Source of the DNA: Octopus sinensis
Lineage: Eukaryota
Length of the DNA: 64,000 nt
Direction: 5' to 3'
NCBI RefSeq assembly: GCF_006345805.1
Contig: NC_043000.1
Coordinates: 79,608,001 to 79,672,000, forward strand
How positions within the stretch are numbered: position 1 is the stretch's first letter; each line of letters starts with the position of its first letter. Made by a program: the position numbers and the translations under genes. Positions 1 through 13,344 of this stretch are shown piece by piece. The notes beneath the pieces are model-generated. The model ran no database searches. It was not told the origin of the DNA and saw only the letters and a program-made list of their open reading frames with translations.

Positions 1-718
1 CCAGTCATCAAATTTGATTTCGATTTCACTTGTCTCAACAGGTCTTCGTAAGCAGAGTTTAGTGTCCAATGAAGGAAAGGTATGCATAAGTGGGCTGGTT
101 ACACCCCTGGCATAGGCCACGAGGTTATGGTCTCATTTGGTTTGCCAGGTCTTCTCAAGCACAGCATATTTCCAAAGGTCTCGGTCTCTGGTCATTGCCT
201 CAGTGAGGCCTAATGTTCGAAGATCATGCTTCAACACCTCATCCCAGGTTTTCCTGAGTCTACCTCTTCCACAGGTTCCCTCAACCACTAGGCTGTGGCA
301 CTTTTGCACACAGCTATCCTCATCCATTCTCGCCACATGACCATACCAGCGCAGTCGTCTCTCTTGCACACCACATCTGATGCTTCTTAGGTCCAACTTT
401 TCTCACAAGGTACTTACACTCTGTCGAGTATGCGCACAGACATTACACATCCATTGGATCATACTGGCTTCATTCCTTGCAAGCTTACGCATGTCCTCAG
501 CAGTCACGGCTCATGTTTCACTGCCATGTAGCATGGCTGTTCATATACATGCGTCATACAGTCTACCTCTTACTCTGATCCTGAGGCCCTTTGTCACTAG
601 CAGAGGTAAGAGCTCTCTGAACTTTGTCCAGGCTATTCTTATTCTAGCAGCTACACTTTCAGCACACCCTCCCCTGCTACTGACTTGGTTACTTAGGTAA
701 CGGAAGCTATCAACCGCT
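1..718 (-). mobile_element. RTE-clade LINE, 3' fragment (AT-richer host family), degenerate
   Basis: Minus-strand RT C-terminal peptides (AWTKFRELLPLL...RLYDAC; RRLRWYGHVARM...GRGR.RKTW.EV...DL). Same family as 10490-11758, 16173-18930 and 45206-46150. Confidence 0.85.
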
Positions 719-881
719 TCTAGTCGATAGCTGTGAAACAATGTGAATAAATAAGCATTACATTTGTGAGAGTAATCTGAATACTAAAGGGTTAAAGATA
801 ATGTATATAATTAATAATTTCTTCTGTATGTGTTATCTATGCTGTATTTGTCATACTTGATAATATGTTTCTAATTACCAG

Positions 882-1054
882 CATGAAGCCTGCAATCATG
901 GTTACGAGAAAATTGCAAAGGTGCTACTTGACAATGGTGCACTTATCAATACACCAGGATCTGAGAATGATACTGCATTGCATGATGCTGTGAGGAATGG
1001 CAGAATTGGTTGTGTTAAATTGTTAGTGTCACATGGAGCCTGTCAGACACTCAG
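882..1054 (+). CDS. BARD1: BARD1 internal exon (ankyrin repeats)
   Basis: cag|CATGAA...CTCAG|gtatta. Translates HEACNHGYEKIAKVLLDNGALINTPGSENDTALHDAVRNGRIGCVKLLVSHGACQTL, matching the BARD1 ankyrin segment (HEACNHG...ND.LHDA..NG...VKLL.S.GA). 173 nt, ends phase 2. Confidence 0.95.
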
Positions 1055-2179
1055 GTATTATTTCTTTATTTAAAAAAAAAATTTTAATCAAGACTGTTCC
1101 ATACATTATAAACATCAGTATCAGAGAGAAAAAGGGAAGCAGGCCTGTTAGTGAGAGAACTGAATCATGTAGCTATTGCTTGTGGTAGTTTGAGTGTCTC
1201 TCTATTCAATGGATCTATTGTTCATTATCTGTCACAAATTGATACTTAAAATCTCTGATATCATGTACATTAGAACCTTAGTAGTTAATTAATGAATAAT
1301 TATACACCTTGATAATTGTCTTACGTGTTTCAACAGTTTAGTTGATATGTTTAAGATTCTTCACCAAATGCTGTGTAACCATGTAGTTGACCTACTTACT
1401 TAACATGATCCCTCATTTAAAGTACTAAATATTTGGATTTACTTGTATTTATTTTTGATTTAAGATTTCAGTTGATACATCTTCAAAGTGAATACCACAA
1501 CTACCACCAATTATAGGGTTCTATCAATTTGAAGATCTTATTGCTATTTAGCAAGTCTCTCTAATGCTCGAGAACATTTTAAAGAAGATTGAATTCATTC
1601 TACAAGCTATCATCATAGCACAATACCTACTTACAGCTTAGTGGACTGAGCTATTTGGAAGTATGCTGATAGTGGACGTGGCACAGTGTAGGCAACAATA
1701 TTCAATTTTGCCCATTTCATCTTGAGTTCAATGTTATTAACAAGACTGAAGGCTAAATATTAACCCTAGAATGGCATAATGTGAATCCAGGTAACATAGC
1801 TACGTGATTAATAATTATTTCATTAGCCCCTGGAGGTTGAAAGACTCAGTTAACCTGACTTTGATTGGATTTGAAGTCATATTGTAGAGATACAGAACTA
1901 AATACTAAAAGACACTACTTTCTTCTGTATTTCAGCTACTTTATATCTAATGCTACTTGTAAAACAGTAACAGTATTGTAGGTTTTGGAAAGTCTGATTA
2001 TGATTGTAAAATAATATGAAGCTTGTTTACTAGCTATATGTATTTGAAGTTAAGTGGATCAGTTCAGCCAGTAAATTTCGACCTATTTCAGCTACTCACA
2101 TATACAGATTGTAAAACTCTTAAATTGCAGTTACAGAAATATGTGCTTCATTTAACCAAAGACTTTTACAATCTCTCTC

Positions 2180-2520
2180 TCATCATCATCATCATCAACT
2201 TTTAACATCTGCTTTCCATGCTGGTATGAGTTGGACAGTTTGATTGAGGTCTGGAGAGCCAGCGGCTGCACCAGGCTCCAATCTGATCTGGCAATGTTTC
2301 TACAGCTGGAGCCCTTCCTAATGTCAACCACTCCGAGAGTGTAGTGAGTGCTTTTTATGTGCCACTGGTACAGGAGCCAGTCAGGCAGGCCTGGCATCGA
2401 TCATGTTCAGATAGTGCTTTTTACGTGCCACCAGCACAGGGGCCAGTCAGTGGGTACTGGCATTGGCCATGTTTGGTTGGTGCTTTTTATGTGCCACAGG
2501 CATGAAAGCCAGTCATGGGG
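2180..2520 (-). mobile_element. RTE 3' UTR/tail fragment with ~60-bp minisatellite units
   Basis: (CAT)n tail, then TTTAACATCTGCTTTCCATGCTGG..., then GTGCTTTTTAYGTGCCAC units; same tail as 18300-18930. Confidence 0.8.
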
Positions 2521-3418
2521 CGGTGAAAAAAATAAATTAACAATAGTCACATAGGTATAGGTGGTGGACTTAATCAGTCATCAAGTTTAAGACTAGCATC
2601 TGGTCCTTTGGGGATTTATCACAGAGTTCAATCTGTTGAAAGCTTTTGAGCCATGTCTTTAGTTTAAAGTTAGTTTCTTCCTTTCCTTCTATCAGTTTCA
2701 GAACCCCTGTAAAAGTAATGATGACTTCCTCTTATGAAGTCATAAAAGAATTTTTAAAGATCATTTTTTTTTTTACCATTTCATCCATTATGTTGTACAT
2801 ATATTAATTTAGTTGTAAGAACTAAATTAATATATGGCTGCTTGTGTGTATAAAGGTATATAGACACTAATTACAAATGTGACTTTACTGAATGTAAGTA
2901 AGTTTGATTCATGTGAGAAGTGAAAATTGTGTAATTTTAAAGGGCAAGGGGCTGAACTATAAGACTTTTCACTTCTCACATTAATTGAATTTACTAACAT
3001 TCCACTTTTCTTATTTTGAACAAATTGCTGCTGGACTTTACTCTGCATCTCAAACTTTTTCTTCCAGTGTACCTGTTTGTCAGGTCCAGCAGTGTTAGTA
3101 TACTCCTTGTGTGGAATGTAGTGAAAATGGCTGGATGTTGTAAAATACAGTAGTGGATACCATAAAATGGACAATGTATAATTTGATATTAATAATATTT
3201 GACTTCCAAACAAATTATTTGACAATTTTTTATCTTTTTATAAATGTTATTTACTAAATCTGAGGTTGCACCATTGAAAAGAATTGGTTGGGGTTACTGT
3301 TTATACAAATTTTACATAATCTCTTAACATTTTTCTAGTACATGTACCCCAGGTCTGGGCATTCATTAATTTCTCCTTTTTGAAATATTTAATCACATGA
3401 AAACACTCTTTTCTATAG

Positions 3419-3521
3419 GAATGCTCATGGATTAATGGCTAAAGATTATGCCTTCACTGATGCCATGAAAGAAGCCTTAACAACTGATGTGTTGGTTACA
3501 TCATCCACACCTGAGTTACAG
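3419..3521 (+). CDS. BARD1: BARD1 exon (end of ankyrin 3 and ANK-BRCT linker)
   Basis: tag|GAATGC...TTACAG|gtaggc. Phase 2 in, phase 0 out. (R)NAHGLMAKDYAFTDAMKEALTTDVLVTSSTPELQ, like BARD1 'N.FGL.P.DY...ESMK.LL'. Confidence 0.9.
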
Positions 3522-3613
3522 GTAGGCAGCAATTATTATATACCTCCTGATCCCTTATATTGGTATGGTTCAGGTTAGATAATGCACACCTACAGTCCTT
3601 ATATCATAAAACC

Positions 3614-4039
3614 GATCTTTTCGGTTTGAACAGCAGTTTTTAACATAATTTCTAGGTAACTAAAAAATTTTAAACTTCGTATACTGGTAGAATGTGTTTA
3701 TAAAACATCTTTTTCTCTTGGCTTTATTGAGAAAATTCTATAGTTTGTAAAATATTTGTTGTTTTTTTTCTTCAATTTCTGCAATTTCAACCAATCACTG
3801 ATGTCTGTTGAGGTAAAAAAAACATTCCGTACCGTATGAATATATTCCTCGTTTAAGAAACAGATTCGGTTTATTTACATTTGTGAAGAAAAAAAGATAC
3901 CCTTCCCCCCACCCCTAACCCTAACCCTAACTAACCCTAAAACATTGAAATGCAATAGATTGATACTAGGGTCATAATTATGGGTGACAATTTCATATGA
4001 CACCGCTAGAAAAAACTGCCGTTCACACCGTAAAGATCC
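3614..4039. mobile_element. MITE with TIRs and 8-9 bp TSD (Mutator- or hAT-like), containing (CCCTAA)n
   Basis: TIRs GATCTTTTCGGTTTGAACAGCAGTTTT / AAAACTGCCGTTCACACCGTAAAGATC. Flanking direct repeat CATAAAAC(C) at 3605-3613 and 4040-4048. Internal CCCTAACCCTAACCCTAA at ~3912-3940. Confidence 0.8.
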
Positions 4040-4284
4040 CATAAAACCGCACTAGTACACAACTATTCCTTCATTTCATTCAATTATATTTCTTCTTATG
4101 TTTAATACATTATGGCTATGAATTTATGGGGAACGGAATGGGATTTCATATCTTTCTTAATTTCATTAGTACTGTAAATGAAGTAAGGTAACTTGAACTC
4201 AGTATTGAATCTAGATCAATAATATAGTTTCCTTACTTTATAACACACTTCACCTGGCTGTTTGTAATAATGATAATAATAGTA

Positions 4285-5560
4285 ATCCTTTCTACTATAG
4301 GCACATGGCCAGCAGTTTCAAGCAAGTGGGCAAGTCGATTACATTGACTCCAGTGCTCAACTGGTACTTATTTTATTAACCCCGAAAGGGACGAAAGGCA
4401 AAGTCAACCCTGGTGGAATTTGATCTCAGAACATAAAGGCAGACAAAATACCACAAAGCATTTTCCACTGTTTGTTAATGATTCTGCCAGTTCAACACCT
4501 TAATAATAGTAATAATAATAATAAGAAGAAGAATCGACCCCAGTCCCAACTGGTACTTATTTCATCAACACTGAAAGGATGAAAGGCAAAGTTGACCCTG
4601 GTGGAATTTGAACTCAAAATATAAAGGTGGATAAAAGACCATGAAGCATTTTGCATGGTGTGCTAACAGTTCTGTCCAAATAAGGATTTCTAACCTGCAC
4701 ACAGGCCACAGCTGTAGATGATTTTTTGAAGCAATGATGGAGCTGCTACTTGATTATTAGATCTTATGGAAATAGCTGTTAGATCTTTTTCAAATCACAC
4801 TGTCTTAAATAAATAAAGGTGACGTTAGTCTTACCTACACTTAGATGTAATGATCATGCCTTTAACCATAGGCCTACTCAACCAAGGTTGACTGTGGGTT
4901 AAGCAATAGTACTTTCTTAATTAGCTGTTGCAAAGGGAAATAGGTAAATGTTGCAAAGCATTGGAATAATAATAATTAAAATTCTTTAAATTTTTGACAC
5001 CAGGCCTGCAATTTTGAGGGGAGGAGATAAGTCAGTTACTTTGATCCAGTACTTGACTGATACTTTATTTTATCAATTTTGAGAAGATAAAAGGCAAAGT
5101 TGATATCAGCAGGATTTGAACTCAGATTATAAAGAGCCAGAACAAATACTGCTAAGCATTTTTCCTACACTAATCATTCTATCAACTGGCTCTGGAAAAA
5201 AAAAATGCTGTTGACACAAAGCCAGAAATATAGGCACAATGCCAGAAATTTTAGTAGCAACCCCCGTACTCAGCCGGTACTTATTTTATCCACCACGAAA
5301 GGATAAAAACAAAGTCGACCTCAGTGAAATTTGAGTCTAGGATATAGAGAACTGAAAGAACTGTTGCTATGCATTTTGTCCTGTATATTAACATTTCTGG
5401 CAGTTTGCCACCCTAATAATAATAATAATCCTTTCTACTGGTACTTATTTTATTGACCCAAAAGGATGAAAGGCAAAGTCTACCTTGGCAGAATATGAAT
5501 TTAGATCTTAAGCATGGATGAAATACTGCTAAGCATTTTGCCTGGTGTTCTAATGATTCT
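4285..5560 (-). mobile_element. Cluster of about five tRNA-derived SINE copies, same orientation
   Basis: Repeated CTGGTACTTATTTTAT..ACCC.GAAAGGATGAAAGGCAAAGT.GACC...GGAATTTGAACTCAG at ~4285-4500, 4535-4680, 4990-5185, 5235-5412 and 5430-5560, several separated by (TAA)n. Confidence 0.85.
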
Positions 5561-5989
5561 GATGATGTTGATGTATTTCTCATAATAATACCCAATAGAA
5601 GAGCATGATATATAATAAAACACAAGCTGATTTTGTTTATTGAAAAATATTTCGCCAGTATGTCTGACTTGCTCAGGTTCAAAAGAAGACAGGAATAATG
5701 GAAAATATAGAGCAACGAAGAAATTCAAATATTGAACTGTACCCTTCAGGATTCTTTTTTTCTTGTTTTCACTAGTTATGAACAAATATCCACTTTTCCA
5801 TGCTTGTATGGGTCAGACAGAATTTGTTAAGGTAGATCTGTAGTTGAATGTCCTTCTTTTTTGCCAACTTTCACCTTTTCCCTAGCAAAGCAAATATTTC
5901 CCCATGGCCAAAATGTTTTCATGGAAGACTGAAAACAAATGATACTTCTTATATGATATTCAAAACATCCATACACACACTCTCTCTCT

Positions 5990-6135
5990 CTTAGCTTCTA
6001 TGTACCAAATCTACTCACAAGGCTTTGGTTGGCCTAGAGGTATAATAGAAAACACTTACTCGGTCTGCCATGCAATGGGACTAAACCTGAAATGAAATGG
6101 TTGAGAAGCAAACTTCTTAGCCACACAGCCATATA
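5990..6135 (-). mobile_element. tRNA/CORE-like SINE (octopus OR/OK-like family), degenerate
   Basis: Reverse complement matches the family at 38218 and 45040 (GGCTGTGTGG.TAAGAAG.TTGCTT...CCAACCAAAGCCTTGTGAGT.GATTTGGTA). Confidence 0.7.
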
Positions 6136-6670
6136 TAATATATCCATCCATTTGTATATACACACACACACACATTCTTTGCATGTTTCAATCTGAAATT
6201 GTGTTAGTCACTGCATACAAAGATTTGTCTTTCCTTTTATGCTGAAAATCTTCATTACAGTATAGGAGGTGTAGACCACAAGTAGATCAGGTAATACATA
6301 TTGGAGTTACCTTATCTTGGAAATACTAAATATGAGTATAGTATTTAAATACACTTTATTTTAAAATTCTATTTACGAAATTGTGAGGAGTTCAAAAGCA
6401 TTGCGACCACCTGCAGTACCAAATATAGTGCAAAAGATTTAAACATGATCAAGCACAAAAAGGTTGAAAATAAATTTCTTTGAAGATATTACTTAGTAAT
6501 TACTCCAAGTCCCATTGGCTGCACATGGTATGATAGCAATACACTCCAAGACATACACATGTATGTATATGCTTTATGATTAAAAACTTCCACCCAAAAT
6601 ATCAGGCCTTTCTTCCAGTTGAGGTTTTAACATTCTCTCTGACACAGTACCTGCCATTTCTTTTTAACAG

Positions 6671-6800
6671 TCATCAGCTTATACAGATGGTGGACCTATT
6701 TGTATCCTGGCAACAGCCTTCTCCCGAGATCTGAAGGTAGAACTGAGGAAGTTGGCATCTGTGATTAACGCAAAAATTGTAGATGATGTCAGTCCTGAAG
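6671..6800 (+). CDS. BARD1: BARD1 exon (BRCT1, first half)
   Basis: aacag|TCATCA...CCTGAAG|gtgggt. SSAYTDGGPICILATAFSRDLKVELRKLASVINAKIVDDVSPE; 130 nt, phase 0 in, phase 1 out. Joins in frame to 38024. Confidence 0.88.
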
Positions 6801-8364
6801 GTGGGTTAACATATTTTATATTTCCTTAATTTCTGTTCTGATATAAGTAGGATTGGTTTGTAAAGACCTTGACTATTCAATTATGGATTGTTAACTGTTA
6901 TCTTTCAATGTAAAATGATATTTCACATTATAAACACCAACTTGAGGAAGAAGGTGGCAGCAAAACAACTGACAGCAGTGCTTAAAGTCTAATGAAGTAA
7001 AATAATAGCCGTGTAAATGTATGTTTGGATGAACAAGTAAGAGAGAGATAGATGGATAGACAGATTGACAGACAGACAGATAGGTAGAAAGTGGGGATGA
7101 AGGTGGACCAGTGAGTAATAAAGGGGAGAATAAAGAAAGAGACACAGATAGACAGAAACAGAGAGATTGCTGGTAAGGATAGAAACAGCTTGAATGGTCT
7201 GAGTTGTAGAAAGGAGACAGTGATAAGATGGAGGGCTAGAAGTGTGAGAGTGATGGATGTCAACAGAAAGTGGCAGAGGAGGAAGTATTGTAAAAGACTG
7301 AGTAATGAAGGTTGGTGCTGTTAAGGGAGTGGGAGTTTTAGAGGTATAAGAAATGGATGAAAGAGGGTTATGTTTAGCAATAAATAAAGGTAATAGTAAA
7401 TAGGGATCAAATGTTTAAATTCAATGCACTGGCATTTCTTGGTATGCAGGCTGGGTGATAGGACAGAGATAAGGTGATAGGAATGAGGCACATTGATAGG
7501 TAAGAAGATGGTTGAGACATTATACATCTCAGTGTTCATCATTACCATAATTATTCAGTTTCATAATGTTTGACTTTGTAAGGGTTGAGCAAATCTTCTC
7601 AGCACAGCACTTGGCTAGAAGTCATAGTCCATTGTAATCTCCTTTATAATGTTCAGCTTCTTGAGATCAGTCTTTAGTTTGTTTCAGATCTTCCTTGCTT
7701 CCTTTCTTTCTTCTACAGTTTCCATCCACTTTATAACAGTTGGCACTTCTTTATACAACTAGCATCTTCTATATACATCATCTACCCATATCCACATAGT
7801 CTTCTTACTTGCATATGATTCTTCCATTATCTAGTTTTACTCGCAGCCCATTTGTACTCCCTCATTTACATGCATTGACATTATACGTCTTGCTTACCTC
7901 ACTTCCTTCTTGCCATCATACACCTTCTGCATTCAAGACCCACATCTTACTATGATGCAGCATTGCATTTCTTCAATATCTGCCCCTCACTCTGAGAGAG
8001 ATTCCTTTTGCTGCTAACAGAGGTAGTAGCTTCCTGTAGGTAAGAGATTTTATTAACCACTTTAAGGGATCCTTCCAAGTGTTTGTAGGAACTCATTTCC
8101 CATGCACATACGACTTGCTACTCCTGTGCATCTGCTATGTATGAAATCTGCCTTTCATGTCAGCCTGCCTGTGGTCCCACACTCCATACTTACAATTAGT
8201 ACATCATATAGAACCCTTGCTTCTCTCTTTCTTAATACTAAGCTTGACCAATAACAGCAAGATTTACTTAAACCCTTCCTTCTAGACTGGGAATGAAATG
8301 TGCAATAATAGTCTGTGAAACCTCAGTCATTGCTCATACATTTATATGTACATACAAATATATA

Positions 8365-10255
8365 TATAGAACTTAGAACTTAGGTATGTTTTGACCAAAT
8401 ATTGGTCCAGGCCATGTCTAACTTAATAGCACCACCTGAAAGGATTATCTAAATCCTGTTTAAGTCAAGTTTTGTTTATAGTCCATTCAAGTAGTGAATT
8501 TTTGTTGAGTGAATTGTATCCAGGTATGGGTGGTTTATCCGGTATTCCTTGAAGAAATCTGTCCAGACTCCATTTAAAGTTGATGGGATCCTTTTCCTCT
8601 TTGATCTCTTTCGGGACAATTTTAAACAAGGCAGGGCCTGTTGAGGAAAAGAAATTATGTTGCAGTGTACATATACGCTGTGACTCTGAATTGGGCAGGG
8701 GACGTATGGCCTGTGGTCCCAGCCTTGGATGAACCTTGAAACTAATGTTCAGGTCGTTGGGGCAAAGTTGGTGGTATATTCTCCACATCGTACAAATGAT
8801 GTACCGCTCACAGCGGCGCTGGAGAGAGTATAGTTTCAAGGCTTTAAGGCGGTCCCAATAATCGAGAGCAGTCATGCCTTCAATTCGTTTAGTGAGTGCC
8901 CTCTGGGGTGATTCAATCCTCGAGATGTTTTGTCTTGTATGGGGAGACCACAGTGGGCAGCAGTATTCGAGGTGTGGCCATACAAAGGAGGAGAAAAGTG
9001 GTATGATGACACCTTGTTCTTTGGACTGGAAGGTTCTTAAGATCCAGGAGCTCATCCTACGAGCTATATCAACCTTATTGTTGATGTGGGCACTCCAACT
9101 GAGATAGTCATCAACAATTACGCCCAGGTCTCTGATATTGTTAGAGGCTGTGAGCGGTTCCCCTGAAGGAAGAGAGTATGGCTGTTTTAGTGTGGACTTT
9201 CTTCCAAAAGGCATCAGCTCAAATTTTCCCTTGTTCAGTTGCATTTTGTTTTTGTTTGCCCATTGACTCACAGTATATAGATCAGACTGGAGTTGAGTTC
9301 GGTCTGCTTCTTCATTGATGATTTGCTGGAGCTTAGTGTCATCAGCAAATATTTTCACTTTGCAGTGATGTAGGACACTGGAAAGGTCATTTATGTAAAT
9401 TATAAAGAAAAGCGGGCCCAAGACAGTCCCCTGGGGGGACACCGCTGGTGACTTTTGCTGGGCTTGAGTGGACTCCATCGACTACAACATGTGTTCTATT
9501 CGCCAGGAAATACTTAATCCATTGTAGAAGTTTTCCACGGATTCCAATGTTTGCCAATTTTGAGAGTAGGATATTATGGTCAACCCTGTCGAACACTTTA
9601 CTGAAGTCAAGATATATGACATCAGAGTTCGAACCTGTTCCCAAGGCTTTAAGTATATCTTCAATGTGGTGTAAGAGTTGTGTTAGACAGTCCCTGCCAC
9701 AGCGAAAGCCATGCTGATTTGCATTTAGGAGTTTGTGGGTCTCCAGGAAATCAGCTATCCTTGATCTTAAAACTCTTTCAAACACTTTAATGATGTGGGA
9801 GGTGAGGGAAATTGGGCGATAGTTGACAGCAAGGGATCTGTTTCCCTGTTTGAAAACCAGGATGACAGACTGAGATAGAAGCTGTTTCGGTATATAACCT
9901 GAGTCTAACGAATTCCTCCAGAGGTTGGTCAGAGGGACTGCAAGTTTGTGTCTACATTCTTTCAGGAGACTAGCGGGGAATCTATCAGGGCCTACTGTTG
10001 AATAGTATTTGACCTTATTTATTGCTGCTATGATGTCAGAGGCAGTGAAGGTTATGTCTGAGATTTTATGTTGGGAATCAACTTCGTTCGCTTCTCTTAC
10101 GTCAATATCAGTGGGATCACTAAAGAGAGAGCAGTATTGTTTCTGCAGTATTTCTGCCATTTCTTTAGCATCGAGTTGGGGAATGCCGTTATCATCGATC
10201 AATGGCCCAATGGGTGAGACAGTGGTTCTATGCTTATTTGCATAAGAATAGAACG
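8365..10255 (-). mobile_element. CR1-clade LINE, 5'-truncated, RT with one frameshift
   Basis: ORFs 9387-10202 and 8465-9478: NYRPISLTS, NQHGFR.GR.C, YLDFSK.FDRV.H, G.VLGPLFF.IYINDL, FADDTKL, RDLGV.VD, PHLEYC..LWSPH, LYSLQRR.ERY. 3' tail of (CTAAGTT) repeats. Confidence 0.92.
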
Positions 10256-10333
10256 TATATATATATATATATACCAGGTGGTGCTATTAAGTTAGACATG
10301 GCCTTGGCCAATAATGGCCGAAACCTATCAAAG

Positions 10334-10365
<32 letters not shown>

Positions 10366-10489
10366 CATACATATACATACAGAGAGACAAGAACACACAT
10401 TTAGTGCTCCAGCATGGCTGCATTCTGTTTGACTGAAACAAGTAAAACATAACAGATAAATATATATATATATACAGCTTCCATTACAT

Positions 10490-11758
10490 TGGTGACGAAG
10501 TCAGTAGCAGGGGTGTATGCTCTGAGAGCAAAGTTGCTAGAATAAGAATAGGCTGGGCAAAGTTCAGAGAGCTCCTACCTCTGCTGGTAACAAAGGATCT
10601 CTCACTCAGAGTGAAAGGTAGACTGTATGATGCCTGTGTACAAACAACCATGCTACACAGCATTGAAACATGGACTGTGACTGCTGGGGACATGCCTAGG
10701 CTTGAAAGAAATCAAGCTTGTATGCTCCGATAGATGTGTAATGTCAGTGTGCATACACGACAGAATGTAAGCACCCTGAGAGAAAAGTTGGACATAAGAA
10801 GCATCAGATGTCGTGTGCAAGAGAGACAACTGCGCTGGTATGGTCATGTGTTGTGTGCAACTGAGGACAGCTGTGTGAAGAAGTGTTACACCCTAACAGT
10901 GGAAGGAACCTGTGGAATAGGCAGACTCAGTAAGACATGGTATGAGGTGAAGCACGACCTTTGAACTCTGGGCCTCCCAGAGGCTATAACAAGTGACCAA
11001 GTTCTTTAGAGATATGCTGTGCTTGAGAAGACCTGGTAAGCCAAGTGAAATTGTTGCATCGCCAATGCCAGTGTCACATGGCTGGCCTATTTAAAAGTAC
11101 CCTCAATTATCGGGCAATATGCTCTGCTTGTGAACACGTTAAACCAAATGAAATCATAGTCGTAGTTGATGCCAGTGCCACCTGACTGGTACCCATGCCA
11201 GTGGCATGTAAAAAGCATAATTCAAGCATGCCAATACTAGTGCAGCCTGGCTGGCTCCCATGCTGGTGGCATGTAAAAAGCACAATTTAAGCAAGGCTGA
11301 TACCAGTGCTGCCTCATTGGCATCCATGTCGGGAGCATGTAAAAAGCACCATTCGAGTGTGATCGTTGTCACTGCCACCTGACTGGCTCCTGCACCATGG
11401 CACATAAAAAGCACCATTCGAGCATGGCCAATGCCAGTGCTGCTTCACTGGCACCCATGTCGGTGGTACATAAAAAGTACCATTGAAGCATGGTTGATGC
11501 CACTGCCGCCTGACTGTCTCCCATGTTGGTGGCATGTAAAATGCACCATTCAAACATGGTCAATGCCAGTACTGCCTGATTGCTGATGGCACGTATAAAG
11601 CACCCACTACTCTCTCAGAATGCTTGGCGTTAGGAAGGGCATCCAGCTGTAGAAACCTTGCCAATCCAAACTGGAGCTTAATGCAGCCTCCCAGCTTGCC
11701 AGTGCTCAGTCAAACTGTTCAACCCATGCCTACATGGAAAGCAGATGTTAAACAACAA
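10490..11758 (+). mobile_element. RTE-clade LINE 3' part with minisatellite 3' UTR
   Basis: RT C-terminal peptide (ERQLRWYGHV) followed by about 7 tandem ~60-bp units (GCATGTAAAAAGCAC...) and the family tail ending GATGTTAAAC. Confidence 0.85.
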
Positions 11759-11810
11759 TGAATATATATATATATAATTTTGTCAACTTTGTGTATTAAA
11801 TCTACATATA

Positions 11811-12180
11811 CAGGGTGATTCAAAAGTCTCCTTACATAGGAAAATTTTACATATTTATAAGAAACAGTTTATAAGATCCCCTAGATACCCTGATCTGACC
11901 CCTCTTGATTTGTCTTTGGGGGCATTTGAAAGGCACGGTGTATCGTGGAAGATAAAAAACATAAAGCATTTGAAGGAACACATCACCAACTCATTTGCAC
12001 ATGTATCACCAGATGTGCTATTACAAGTTCTCAATGAGTGGGGTAAATGTATTGCAATGTGTATTCAAAACAATGGTAACCATATAGAGCCTGTTAAATA
12101 AAAAAAGAAACTATTCTTATAAACTGTTTCTTATAAAAAGATAAATTGTTCCTATGTATGGTGACTTTTGAATCACCCTG
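11811..12180 (+). mobile_element. Tc1/mariner internally deleted element
   Basis: TA|CAGGGTGATTCAAAAGTC ... GACTTTTGAATCACCCTG|TA, with imperfect TIRs extending to ~65 bp. Internal transposase C-terminal remnant (P.YPDLTPLD..., KNIKHLKEHI...NNGNHIE). Confidence 0.9.
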
Positions 12181-12506
12181 TATAATTTTATTCACTAAGT
12201 TATCAACAAACATGCTATCTCAGTACTTTCGTTAATTAATGCATGACACTATGTCGAAATGTATATATCACTGATAGTTCAGATGATGCTGTGACTCCTG
12301 ATAAGCTGACGATGACTTGGTGGCAAAACTAACAGAGTTTTCCTTTATTCCATTCTTTAGAAAGACTGTGCAACTGTGTAGGCTTTTTTCATAGGGTTAT
12401 ATAAATGTGTATTTCTTTATTAAATACACACACAAACATATATAAATTTACCCATATACATATTTCCTTTGCTCTTTTGTTAATGTATGTGTGTCTATGT
12501 GTAGAT

Positions 12507-12655
12507 ACAGGTGTGGCTCTGTGGTAAAAAGTCTGTTTCCCAATCTCATGGTTCTGGGTTCATTCTCACTGTGTGGCATTTTGGGCAAGTATCTTCTACT
12601 TCAGCCCTGGACTTATGAGTGGATTTGATAGGCAAAAACTGAAAGAAACCTGTCA
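12507..12655 (+). mobile_element. tRNA/CORE-like SINE, degenerate
   Basis: GTGTGGCTCTGTGGTAA (A box), GGTTCATTCTC (B-box-like) and TTGGGCAAGTATCTTCTACT core. Confidence 0.7.
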
Positions 12656-13344
12656 TAAGTGTATATGTGTATGTGTGTGTTTCTTTGTCTTAACATCACA
12701 TGATAGTTGTAGATGATTGTTGCTATCATACAAGCAGTATCTGTCATGAAAAGCATGTCTGGACCTTGCTTGGAAACAGCTGAGGGTTGGTGACAAAAAG
12801 GTTATCTGGCTGTTGAAAAGCTACCTCAATAAACTCCTCCGGCTCATGCAGGCAATGTGAAAATGAATGTTAAAGTGATTATGGCCATTTGTGTGTGTGT
12901 GTGCGTGTGTACACACACATACATTGTGTTAATGGGGTGTTAAATAATCCTAGCAGTTAACGTGGCAGCATACCAATGTATATTGGGCTAACAAAGTACT
13001 CAAGAAAAATACAATAATATTCCTAGTCAATCAAGTGGGCAGTATAGAAGTCAGTGTGATGTTAAACTGTTATATAAGCATCCTGTAAATCCATTTATTT
13101 ACATAAGCTGCTGCAAATATTATGCAGTGTATAATATAGCAAAGAAACGAAACATTTACTTAATACGGATATTTATTCAAACTATCAGTTTGATTTTGCT
13201 GGTAAAATGCTCGATGTTGCCTGATGAAATGATGAGGTTATGCAATAGCATAGATTTACATAATATTATGTAATATTCATTATTGAATGTATGATTATGC
13301 TATGGAAATGTGTGTATGTATGTGTATATATATATATATAATGG

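Noticed and set aside
2827-3225. 132-aa minus-strand ORF inside a BARD1 intron
   Set aside because: No recognisable motif, and no convincing splice partners found by eye. A tBLASTn/RNA-seq check would settle it.
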